Assembly: GCA_028375605.1 (NCBI GenBank)
Contig: JAONGR010000002.1
Coordinates: 4,085-68,084 of the forward strand
Direction: 5' to 3'
Source of the DNA: Arcobacteraceae bacterium
Lineage (GTDB): Bacteria > Campylobacterota > Campylobacteria > Campylobacterales > Arcobacteraceae
DNA: 64,000 nucleotides
The notes below the pieces were generated by a model, which saw only the letters and a program-made list of their open reading frames with translations, was not told the DNA's origin and ran no database searches. Below, piece after piece: positions 29,783 to 38,668 of the stretch. Numbering within the stretch: position 1 is the stretch's first letter; each line of letters begins with the position of its first letter. The position numbers and the translations under genes are program-made.

Positions 29783-32700
29783 ATGTATAGAGTAATATTT
29801 TTAATTCTATGTTTTTATATTAATTTATTTGCTAATTCTTCAGCTATAGATTTAACTGAAACCGAAAAAAGATGGATTAAAGAACATTCTATTATTAATG
29901 TTGGTGGAGAATTGGATTGGGCTCCTTTTGATTTTGTTGATTCAAATGGAAATTATGGTGGTCTATCAAAAGATTATCTTGATGAAATAGCAAATATTGC
30001 TGGATTTAAAGTAAGATACCATACAGGAAAAAGTTGGACCGAGCTTTTATCTTCACTTCGGTCTGGTGAATTAGACATGCTTCCTGCTTTATATAAAGAT
30101 AAAAAAAGAGAAGAGTTTATCGAATTTACTAGCTCTTATTTAACACTTCCTGAGTATATATTTACTACAAATGAAAATTCTAATTTAAATAGCCTAGATA
30201 GTTTAAGAGGACATACTATTGTTCAGGTAAAAGGATATAGTATCATTACTTGGATAAAAAAGAATTATCCTGATATAAATATTATTGAAAAGAACTCTAT
30301 TTTAGAATGTTTACAAGCTATAAAATCTGGGGAAAGCGTTGCTTTTATTGGAGACAATCCTTCTACTACTTATAATATAAAAAAGAATTTTATTACTAAT
30401 ATACGCTTAAATAGTATTGTAAAGTCACGTGAACCAGTAAAACTTTATATGGGAATAAAAAAAGAGTATAAAATTTTAGTAGGTATTATTAATAAAATAA
30501 TTCAAAATAATATGCAGAAAAAGTTTTCACAAATATCAAATAAATGGATGAAAGTTATTGAAGACAAAAAACTTATTTTAACAAATACAGAAAAAGTTTG
30601 GATGGAAAAAAACCCTATTAGTAGAATTGCTGTTATGGATTATTGGCCACATGACAAAAATGGGGATAGTTTACATACAGAAGTTTTAAAGCTTATCAAT
30701 TATTATAGTGGTTTACATTTAGTTCCTATTAAATTTAAAGGATGGAAAGATGGCTATGATAAAGCAAAAAGTGGAATTGATGTAGATGGAATTATGGGAC
30801 TTAGCTGGAGTAAAGATCGAGAATCTTTTTTCTCTTATACAACAGCTTATAATTTTTCTCCAGCTTATCTTGTAACAAAAAAATCTAATAGTGATATCAA
30901 ATCATTAAAAGATTTACATAATAAAACTGTGTTATTACAAGAAAATGAAATTACCAATCAACTTCTTAAAGAGAAAGTTTCTTCAAGTAAAATAATTAAT
31001 TTAGATAGTTTAGAGTCTATGTATAAAAGATTTGCAGAAGATAGTAGCGTTGATGCGATGTTTTCATATTTTATTAATGAAGAATTAATAGAGGAGTATG
31101 ACTTTAAAATTGTAGAAGAACTTTACGATAGATATGGTGAAGTTGCCATTGGTTTACATAAATCAAAAAAAACTCTAAGTAAAATCATTAATAAAACATT
31201 TAAAATTATTCCTAAAAATGAATTATCTTTTTTAAGAGATAAAGATTGGGGAGATACAAAAAATAAAACAAAACTTTCAACGAAAGAATTACAATATATT
31301 GAAAAAAAGAAAATAATAAAGGTTTGTATAAACCCAAATTGGGAACCAATTGAATTTAAAAAAGATGATGTAGTTCAAGGAATTTCGATAGATATTTTAA
31401 ATATTATTAAAGAAAAATTAGCTATGGAATATGACTTTATATCCACTTTGTCATGGCTGGAATCTCAAGAATTTTTGAAAGATAAAAAGTGTGATATTTT
31501 ACCCACTGCTATTAAAACAGAAGAAAGACTAAGTTATGCAAATTTTACAAAACCATATTTAAAATATAAACTAGCCATAATAACACAAGATGACCAACCA
31601 TTGATAAATAACTTTGAATCTATCACCTCAAAGACTATGTCAAGAAAAGAAGGTTCTGCACTTATAACTAATCTAAAATCTAAATACCCATATATGGATA
31701 TTAAAGAGACATCATCCTATTTAGAGTCGTTGGAGAATGTGATAGATAGAGATGTATATTTTGCTATCTCTACATTACCTGTTTTTTCTTATTATAAGAG
31801 TAAATATGGGTTAAAGGATCTACAAATTGCTGGTTATACAAATTTAAAATATAACTTAAGTATGGCAGTTGATAATGATAATAAAATATTATTGAGTATA
31901 TTAAATAAAACTTTACAAACTATACCTAAGTCCACTTTTGATGTAGTTCATGATAAGTGGTCTACTGCAAAAATTGTTAAACGTACAGATTGGGTATTAC
32001 TTTCTAAAATATTTACTGTTATTATTGTTATCGTAATAGGAATACTATTTTATAATAGAAAATTAAATGCGATGGTACAAGAAAAAACGAAGGATATTAA
32101 CGAACAAAAAGAAGAACTACTTTTATTGATGACATCTTTAGATAAAAATGTAATGTATTCTAAAACAGATTTAGTAGGTAAAATAACTCATGTAAGTGAT
32201 GCTTTTTGTAAAATTAGTGGTTATTCTAAAAAAGAACTAATTGGTAAAACGCACAGTATTGTAAGACATCCCAATATGCCAATAACAGTTTTCAAAAAAA
32301 TATGGCAAATGTTAAAACAGGAAAAAACTTATCAAGTTGAGATAATGAATAAGAAAAAAGATGGTTCAGAATATTGGGTTAAGGCCTATTTAGAACCAGA
32401 ATATAATTCTAATAAAAAACTTATTGGATATAGCTCATTGATGCAAGATATTACAGATAAAAAGGCTATTGAAAATTTAAGCAAAAACTTGGAATTAAAA
32501 GTTGCAAGCCGTACTGAAGAGTTAACTATTCAGAAAAAGCAAGTAGAAGCGATTTTAGAAAATATTATGTTACCTGTATTAATTACATCAAAATCTAAGA
32601 GAACTATATTATATGCAAATAAATATGCAGAAATACAATATGAATTATCAGTTGATAAACTTATTGGAAATCACATTGAAAATATATATACCATATCGAA

Positions 32701-33688
32701 TCAAAAAGACTTAATTCTAGATGAATTAAAAGAAAAAGGCTATGTTGAGAATTTAGAACAGCATTATAAAACCTACAAAGGTAAAGAGTTTATTGGACTA
32801 TTATCTGTAAAGCCTATTCTTTATAATAATGTAGAAGCTTATATTGGTATGACAACTGATATCTCATATCAGAAAAAAATTGAAGAGGAGATACGCGAAG
32901 TACATAAACATACTCGAGATAGTATTGAATATGCCTCTTTAATTCAGCACTCTCTTATCCCTAAAAATGATATTTTTATGAAATACTTTCAAGAATATTT
33001 TACTATTTGGCATCCTAAAGATGTAGTTGGTGGAGATATATATCTTTTTGAAGAATTACGTAATGAAGATGAATGTTTAATTATGGTTATAGATTGTACC
33101 GGACATGGTGTACCAGGTGCTTTTGTTACAATGCTAGTAAAGGCAATTGAAAGACAAATCGTTGCTACAATTAAACATAATAAAGATGAAATTGTTAGTC
33201 CGGGTAAACTTCTTGGAATATTTAATAGAAGCATGAAACATCTTTTACGACAAGAAGATGAATACAGTGTTTCAAATGCTGGTTTTGATGGTTGTATTTT
33301 ATATTATAATAAAAAGGAGAATATAATTAAATTCAGTGGAGCTGAAACACCTTTATTCTATATTGATGAGAGTAATAAACTTATTACAATTAAAGGTAAT
33401 AGACAATCAATTGGATATAAAAAGTGTGATTCTAATTTCGAATTTAAAGAACACACAATTGAAGTAAAACAAGGGATGCAGTTTTATTTAGCAACTGATG
33501 GTTATTTAGATCAAAATGGAGGAGACAAAGGTTTCCCATTTGGTAAAAAGCGGTTTTGCAACATTATAAACGAATATATGAATGAAAGTTTTGCAGACCA
33601 ACAAGAAGTTCTTTTAGATGAGCTTGCCTTATATCAAGGTGATGAAGATAGAAATGATGATGTAACTCTCATCGGATTTAAAATATAA
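29783..33688 (+). CDS. SiaA-like membrane PP2C/SpoIIE phosphatase (3 periplasmic solute-binding domains, 2 PAS)
   Basis: Signal peptide, three PBPb repeats, TM, PAS domains; PP2C motifs VGGDIY, IDCTGHGVPGA, ATDGYLDQ and RNDDVT. Confidence 0.9.
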   Translation: MYRVIFLILCFYINLFANSSAIDLTETEKRWIKEHSIINVGGELDWAPFDFVDSNGNYGGLSKDYLDEIANIAGFKVRYHTGKSWTELLSSLRSGELDMLPALYKDKKREEFIEFTSSYLTLPEYIFTTNENSNLNSLDSLRGHTIVQVKGYSIITWIKKNYPDINIIEKNSILECLQAIKSGESVAFIGDNPSTTYNIKKNFITNIRLNSIVKSREPVKLYMGIKKEYKILVGIINKIIQNNMQKKFSQISNKWMKVIEDKKLILTNTEKVWMEKNPISRIAVMDYWPHDKNGDSLHTEVLKLINYYSGLHLVPIKFKGWKDGYDKAKSGIDVDGIMGLSWSKDRESFFSYTTAYNFSPAYLVTKKSNSDIKSLKDLHNKTVLLQENEITNQLLKEKVSSSKIINLDSLESMYKRFAEDSSVDAMFSYFINEELIEEYDFKIVEELYDRYGEVAIGLHKSKKTLSKIINKTFKIIPKNELSFLRDKDWGDTKNKTKLSTKELQYIEKKKIIKVCINPNWEPIEFKKDDVVQGISIDILNIIKEKLAMEYDFISTLSWLESQEFLKDKKCDILPTAIKTEERLSYANFTKPYLKYKLAIITQDDQPLINNFESITSKTMSRKEGSALITNLKSKYPYMDIKETSSYLESLENVIDRDVYFAISTLPVFSYYKSKYGLKDLQIAGYTNLKYNLSMAVDNDNKILLSILNKTLQTIPKSTFDVVHDKWSTAKIVKRTDWVLLSKIFTVIIVIVIGILFYNRKLNAMVQEKTKDINEQKEELLLLMTSLDKNVMYSKTDLVGKITHVSDAFCKISGYSKKELIGKTHSIVRHPNMPITVFKKIWQMLKQEKTYQVEIMNKKKDGSEYWVKAYLEPEYNSNKKLIGYSSLMQDITDKKAIENLSKNLELKVASRTEELTIQKKQVEAILENIMLPVLITSKSKRTILYANKYAEIQYELSVDKLIGNHIENIYTISNQKDLILDELKEKGYVENLEQHYKTYKGKEFIGLLSVKPILYNNVEAYIGMTTDISYQKKIEEEIREVHKHTRDSIEYASLIQHSLIPKNDIFMKYFQEYFTIWHPKDVVGGDIYLFEELRNEDECLIMVIDCTGHGVPGAFVTMLVKAIERQIVATIKHNKDEIVSPGKLLGIFNRSMKHLLRQEDEYSVSNAGFDGCILYYNKKENIIKFSGAETPLFYIDESNKLITIKGNRQSIGYKKCDSNFEFKEHTIEVKQGMQFYLATDGYLDQNGGDKGFPFGKKRFCNIINEYMNESFADQQEVLLDELALYQGDEDRNDDVTLIGFKI

Positions 33689-33701
33689 AGGATAATAAAA
33701 A

Positions 33702-34061
33702 ATGAAATTTATGATTGTAGATGACTCGAGGTTATCTCGAAAAAAGTTATCTAATTTTGTTATTGAATTAGGATATGAAGTTATATGTGAAGCAGTCGAT
33801 GGTATAGATGGGCTTGAAAAATTTAAAGAGTACAGTCCTGATTTTATACTGACTGATTTAGAGATGCCAAATATGAAAGGCGATGAATTATCACAAAAAA
33901 TACTTGAAATTGACAATAAGGTAATTATTATTCTAATTACGTCAATTACTGATAAAAAAGAGTTATTAAATGCGATAAGACTTGGAGTAAGAAAAGTGAT
34001 GCAAAAGCCAATACGTCTTGAAAAACTAAAAATAGCAATTAATGAATTAATGGATAATTAG
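33702..34061 (+). CDS. Single-domain response regulator (CheY-like)
   Basis: MIVDDS, TDLEMP, ITS and QKP motifs. Confidence 0.92.
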   Translation: MKFMIVDDSRLSRKKLSNFVIELGYEVICEAVDGIDGLEKFKEYSPDFILTDLEMPNMKGDELSQKILEIDNKVIIILITSITDKKELLNAIRLGVRKVMQKPIRLEKLKIAINELMDN

Positions 34062-34062
34062 G

Positions 34063-35004
34063 ATGGATAATAAAAATATAGAGAATATAGAAAATTTTTT
34101 AGATAAAGACTATCCCTCTTTAAAAATAAGTTTGGAAAAATTACTTAAAGACTATAAAAGAAAAGAAAATCGTTTAAATATTATTATTAATCAAAGTGAT
34201 AAACAACAGCAAGTACTTCTGTCTTTAAATGAAGAACTAGATAGTTATAAGAATGAATTAGAAAAAAAAGTTGAAGAAGAGATAGAAAAACGTAAAGAAA
34301 AAGACAAAATCATTTTACAACAATCAAAACTGGCAGCTATGGGTGAAATGATGGATGCCGTTGCACATCAGTGGAAACAACCAATAAATATTATAAATAT
34401 GCAAATTGATATGTTAGGATATGATTTTGAAGATGATTTAGTAAATGAACAATACGTTAAACAATTGCAAAATGATATTTTTAGAAATATAAAACATATG
34501 ACTAATACTTTAGATGAATTTAGAACCTTTTTTAGACCAAATAAAGATGTCGAAAATTTTTATGTTCAAGATATGGTGAATAAAGTTTTATTGTTGGTAA
34601 AAGATGAATTTATTAAAAATTTAATTACAATTAATCTTATAGTAGAAGACAACTATACCCTAGTAGGTGTTGAAAATGAGTTTAAACATCTTATCTTAAA
34701 TATTATTAATAATGCAAAAGACGCTTTTATTGAAAATCAAATTAAAGATAGAATTATAGATATAGAGATTAAATCAGATGACAAGTTTTATACCATAAAT
34801 ATTATTGATAATGCAGGTGGTATTCCTGAACATTTAATTGGTGACATTTTTAAAGCAAATGTAACTAGTAAAGAAGGGGATAAAGGAACTGGTATTGGTT
34901 TATATATGAGTGAACAAATTGCAGTAAAACACAATGGTTCCTTATGTGTAGAAAATATTGAAAATGGTGCAAAATTTATATTTAGATGTCTTAAGAAAAA
35001 TTGA
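34063..35004 (+). CDS. Cytoplasmic histidine kinase with SiaD-like N-terminal coiled coil
   Basis: AVAHQWKQP, NNAKDA, DNAGG and GTGIGL motifs; no TM; N-terminal RLNIIINQSDKQQ. Confidence 0.9.
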   Translation: MDNKNIENIENFLDKDYPSLKISLEKLLKDYKRKENRLNIIINQSDKQQQVLLSLNEELDSYKNELEKKVEEEIEKRKEKDKIILQQSKLAAMGEMMDAVAHQWKQPINIINMQIDMLGYDFEDDLVNEQYVKQLQNDIFRNIKHMTNTLDEFRTFFRPNKDVENFYVQDMVNKVLLLVKDEFIKNLITINLIVEDNYTLVGVENEFKHLILNIINNAKDAFIENQIKDRIIDIEIKSDDKFYTINIIDNAGGIPEHLIGDIFKANVTSKEGDKGTGIGLYMSEQIAVKHNGSLCVENIENGAKFIFRCLKKN

Positions 35005-35043
35005 TATTAAATATACTAAAACGAATAAAATAAAGGATAAATA

Positions 35044-35601
35044 ATGGATATTTTAGCGATTCAGAAGATGGTAGAGCGTGATGGAATAATATTTTTAACA
35101 TATGGTGGTTTTTTATCTCAAACTCTAATCTCTAGTATGACTGAAGCTCTAGAACAAGAAGCCCAACGAAATGAAATTAGTATGGGTGTTTCAAATAATA
35201 TTTTTACTGTTTTTATTGAATTATCACAAAATATGATGAATTATTCTAAATCAAAAGATGAAAACTGTAGAAAAATAATGCCAGAAGGGCTTATTGTTGT
35301 TTCAAGAGAAGGGGATGAAATTTATTTTGTGGAAAGTCAAAATATAATTTCTATAGATGATAAAAATAAAATAGAACCAATTATAGAAGAAGTAGTAAGT
35401 TTAGATAAAGAGTCTTTAAAAAAGAGATATAGGGAACTAAGAAAAAGTGGACAAAAAAGTCATACTAAAGGTGGTGGAATTGGATTTTATGAAATCGCCA
35501 AAAGATGTGATAATATAGAATTTAATATAAGTAAAATAAACAATGATAAATATTATTTTCATGTAAAAACGACGATTAACAATAAGAAAAAGGAAGATTA
35601 A
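35044..35601 (+). CDS. siaB: SiaB family protein kinase
   Basis: YGG...IFTVFIELSQNMMNYS...LKKRYRE...GGGIGFYEIAK; adjacent to siaC. Confidence 0.85.
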   Translation: MDILAIQKMVERDGIIFLTYGGFLSQTLISSMTEALEQEAQRNEISMGVSNNIFTVFIELSQNMMNYSKSKDENCRKIMPEGLIVVSREGDEIYFVESQNIISIDDKNKIEPIIEEVVSLDKESLKKRYRELRKSGQKSHTKGGGIGFYEIAKRCDNIEFNISKINNDKYYFHVKTTINNKKKED

Positions 35602-35973
35602 ATGGAAAACTTACACATAGATGCAACTAAATACACACCTGAAATAATATTAGATAGTAAAGGTGTACTCTCATTAGTTGGTAAATCTTATCCTGAAAAT
35701 ACATTTGAATTTTATACACCTATGATGGAATGGATAAAAAGTTATTTTAATAATAATGTAGCTAAAATAACAACAGTAAATATGGAAATAATTTATTTTA
35801 ATTCTAGTAGTTCAAAATTATTTTTTGATTTTTTTGATTTACTAGAGGATAATAATAGTAATGAAATAGTGATAAACTGGATTTATGACGAAGAAAATGA
35901 AAGTGCTTTAGAAGCAGGTGAAGATTTTGTTGAAGACTTTGAAGATTTGACAATTAATTTAGTTTCTAAATAA
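35602..35973 (+). CDS. siaC: SiaC family regulatory phosphoprotein (DUF1987)
   Basis: TKYTPEI, GKSYPEN..FY, YFNSSSSK and INW.YD...E.GEDF motifs. Confidence 0.9.
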   Translation: MENLHIDATKYTPEIILDSKGVLSLVGKSYPENTFEFYTPMMEWIKSYFNNNVAKITTVNMEIIYFNSSSSKLFFDFFDLLEDNNSNEIVINWIYDEENESALEAGEDFVEDFEDLTINLVSK

Positions 35974-35988
35974 TAACGAAAGGTCTAG

Positions 35989-37344
35989 ATGAATTTACAT
36001 GAAAATAAATTAATTAATGAAATAGAGGAATTAAGAACCAATTTTCATGTAATGACTGAAAAACTTGTCAAAGATATTAAAAGACAAGATAAAATAATGT
36101 TACGAAGTGATAAACGTCAACGACAAGAATATGATGAATTACAGGTAAAGCTTCATCAGGTTGAAAAACTTCAAGTAGCACAAAAAGATTTATTAGATTC
36201 TTTTATATATCTTATGGCAAGTGCTATTGATGAGAAAAGTACTCATACAGGTGCGCACTGTACTAGAGTTCCTGAATTGTCTTTAATGATTGCGGATATT
36301 GCACATCATTGTGATGATGGAATTTTCAAAGACTTTATCATTGAAAATGAAGATCAAAAAAGAGAAATTTCTATCGCTTCATGGTTACATGATTGTGGTA
36401 AAGTAACTACACCTGAATATGTTGTAGATAAAGCTACAAAACTAGAAACTATTACAAATAGAATACACGAAATACGTACTAGATTTGAAGTGATTCATAG
36501 AGATAAAACTATTGAAGCACTTAATCGAAAACTTGATGGAGAAGATGCTAGTGTTGTTGACTTATGGTTAGAAGAAGAATATTTACGATTGCAAAAAGAG
36601 TTTCAAATACTTGCTGATGCAAATATAGGTAGCGAATATATGGGTGATGATATCAAAAAGCGTATACAAGAGATATCCGTTCAAACTTGGGTACGAAACT
36701 TTGATGATTCATTAGGGCTTGCAGTAGAAGAGAAAAAAAGAGTTTTATCTGAAAATAGTACAACTCCACAGGTTGAAAAATTATTAGATGATAAATTGAG
36801 ACATATTATTCCCCGCGAAGATTTTGACTATAAAGAATATGAACAAATGGGATTTAAAACTGAAGTTCCTGATAACCTTTATAATTTTGGAGAAGTATAT
36901 AATCTTACAATTTCAGCCGGAACATTAAGTTATGAAGAAAGATTTAAAATACAAGAACATGTTCATATGACGATTAAAATGCTTCAAAAACTTCCATTTC
37001 CAGAGCATTTAAAAAATGTACCATTGTATGCAGGTGCACATCACGAAACTCTTATAGGTACAGGTTATCCTAGAAAACTTTCTGCTGAAGATATGCCGAT
37101 TGCATCTAGAATCATGGCTATTGCTGATATATTTGAGGCTTTAACTGCTTCTGATAGACCGTATAAAGAAGCAAAAACTTTATCTCAATCTATCGAAATA
37201 ATGGCCTCTATGGTAAAAAGACAACATATAGATTCTGATATTTTTAAGTTGTTTCTGGAAAATGATTTACATATAATTTATGCCGAGAAATATCTTGATA
37301 AAAAACAAATTGACGTAGTGGATATTTCTAAGTATATACAATAA
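35989..37344 (+). CDS. HD-GYP phosphodiesterase with SiaD-like N-terminal helix
   Basis: HTGAHCTRV, LHDCGK, HHETLIGTGYPRKL and IMAIADIFEALTASDRPYK motifs. Confidence 0.9.
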   Translation: MNLHENKLINEIEELRTNFHVMTEKLVKDIKRQDKIMLRSDKRQRQEYDELQVKLHQVEKLQVAQKDLLDSFIYLMASAIDEKSTHTGAHCTRVPELSLMIADIAHHCDDGIFKDFIIENEDQKREISIASWLHDCGKVTTPEYVVDKATKLETITNRIHEIRTRFEVIHRDKTIEALNRKLDGEDASVVDLWLEEEYLRLQKEFQILADANIGSEYMGDDIKKRIQEISVQTWVRNFDDSLGLAVEEKKRVLSENSTTPQVEKLLDDKLRHIIPREDFDYKEYEQMGFKTEVPDNLYNFGEVYNLTISAGTLSYEERFKIQEHVHMTIKMLQKLPFPEHLKNVPLYAGAHHETLIGTGYPRKLSAEDMPIASRIMAIADIFEALTASDRPYKEAKTLSQSIEIMASMVKRQHIDSDIFKLFLENDLHIIYAEKYLDKKQIDVVDISKYIQ

Positions 37345-37435
37345 ACTATTGCTATGAATTAATTAACCTTTTCTTTTAAATTATCTTTTAACTACTTTAT
37401 TATACAATTCTTAATACTTGATTAAAAGGTTTATT

Positions 37436-38353
37436 ATGAATGTCTCTGGATATGGTTTAAATGTACAATACCAAAAAACTCAATTATCATACGAAATGTC
37501 ACTATCCAAAGTGAACTCAAATGAAGAAACTCAAAAAGTACTAGATGAAAATAGCGAGATAGATGAAACAAATTCCCCTATAGTATATATGAGTGAAGAT
37601 GATTTAAACAGTTCTGAAATACTTACCAAAATGATTTTAGAAGCAACATATGCACAATATTCATCCTCTAGTTCTTCTGAATCTTTAATACCGAATATTA
37701 AAACAACAAATAGTGAGGATATTCCTGAAGAGGTACAAGCTTACGCAAATCAGCAAAATTTACCTACTGGATTAACCTATACTTCTAGTAGTGAATATTA
37801 TGAAAAAACAACTATTGATTTTAGTGGTGAAATAAGAATAAAGACTCCAGAAGGTGAATATAGTATAGAATTAAATCTTTCCTATACTCAAGAATTTTAT
37901 GAAAAAAATGCAACTTTTATAGAAGTTGCAAGTGAAAGTTTTCAATCTCCTTTTGAAATAGAACTCGCAGAAGAAAATGAAAATCTAAAAAATTTAAATG
38001 CAATTAATCTTTTATTTGATGTAATTCCTGAAGAACAAGAAACAGATGAAGAAAACAACTTTTTCGCTCAATTAATAGAGTATTTGCAAGAACGAAGTGA
38101 ATATAAAGAAGATATGATTGAAAAAAAGAATGAAGAAAAAATGGATAATTTTCAAGTTTATATGAGTAGAAATGAAGAGTCCCAAGAGCTTATTTCTGCA
38201 CAAAAAGATGGATTAGGTGTTTTCTTTTCAAATTCTCAAAGTGAATCTTCTTATTTAAATATTGCATCAAATGCAAATGGTAGCTATATAAGTGCTGGTT
38301 ATTCTTCATCTGAAACAACTACAATGGCTTCCTTTGAGAGTATTAAGGTATAA
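37436..38353 (+). CDS. Acidic Ser/Glu-rich hypothetical protein
   Basis: ATG at 37436 after AAGG; core EYYEKTTIDFSGEIRIKT..GEYSIELNLSYTQEFYE; followed by a terminator. Confidence 0.75.
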   Translation: MNVSGYGLNVQYQKTQLSYEMSLSKVNSNEETQKVLDENSEIDETNSPIVYMSEDDLNSSEILTKMILEATYAQYSSSSSSESLIPNIKTTNSEDIPEEVQAYANQQNLPTGLTYTSSSEYYEKTTIDFSGEIRIKTPEGEYSIELNLSYTQEFYEKNATFIEVASESFQSPFEIELAEENENLKNLNAINLLFDVIPEEQETDEENNFFAQLIEYLQERSEYKEDMIEKKNEEKMDNFQVYMSRNEESQELISAQKDGLGVFFSNSQSESSYLNIASNANGSYISAGYSSSETTTMASFESIKV

Positions 38354-38375
38354 AGAGGTTTTATTAAAAACCTCT
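38354..38375. terminator. Hairpin terminator between convergent genes
   Basis: AGAGGTTTT-ATTA-AAAACCTCT, perfect 9-bp stem. Confidence 0.65.
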
Positions 38376-38376
38376 A

Positions 38377-38649
38377 TTAATCTTCTTCTTCTGAATCATT
38401 TATCATATCTATAATTTCTTCGTATAATTCAGCACATTCTTCTTTATCTAATTCTCTATTTTCTATATCTTTTAAAATTTCATTAAATTCGTCACGCATC
38501 TCATGCATCTCTTTTATCTCTTCATTTTGTTCATCTGTAGCTTTTTTACTTTTGGCTATATCTGCAAAGATTTCATCTAATCTATCTTCGATATCTGGCA
38601 TCACAGTTCTTTCAATTAATTCTTTTAATTTTAAATCACATTTTTTCAT
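38377..38649 (-). CDS. Small acidic helical hypothetical protein
   Basis: 90 aa ORF with AAGGA SD. Confidence 0.75.
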   Translation of the reverse strand: MKKCDLKLKELIERTVMPDIEDRLDEIFADIAKSKKATDEQNEEIKEMHEMRDEFNEILKDIENRELDKEECAELYEEIIDMINDSEEED

Positions 38650-38668
38650 ATAAATTTCCTTTTATTTT

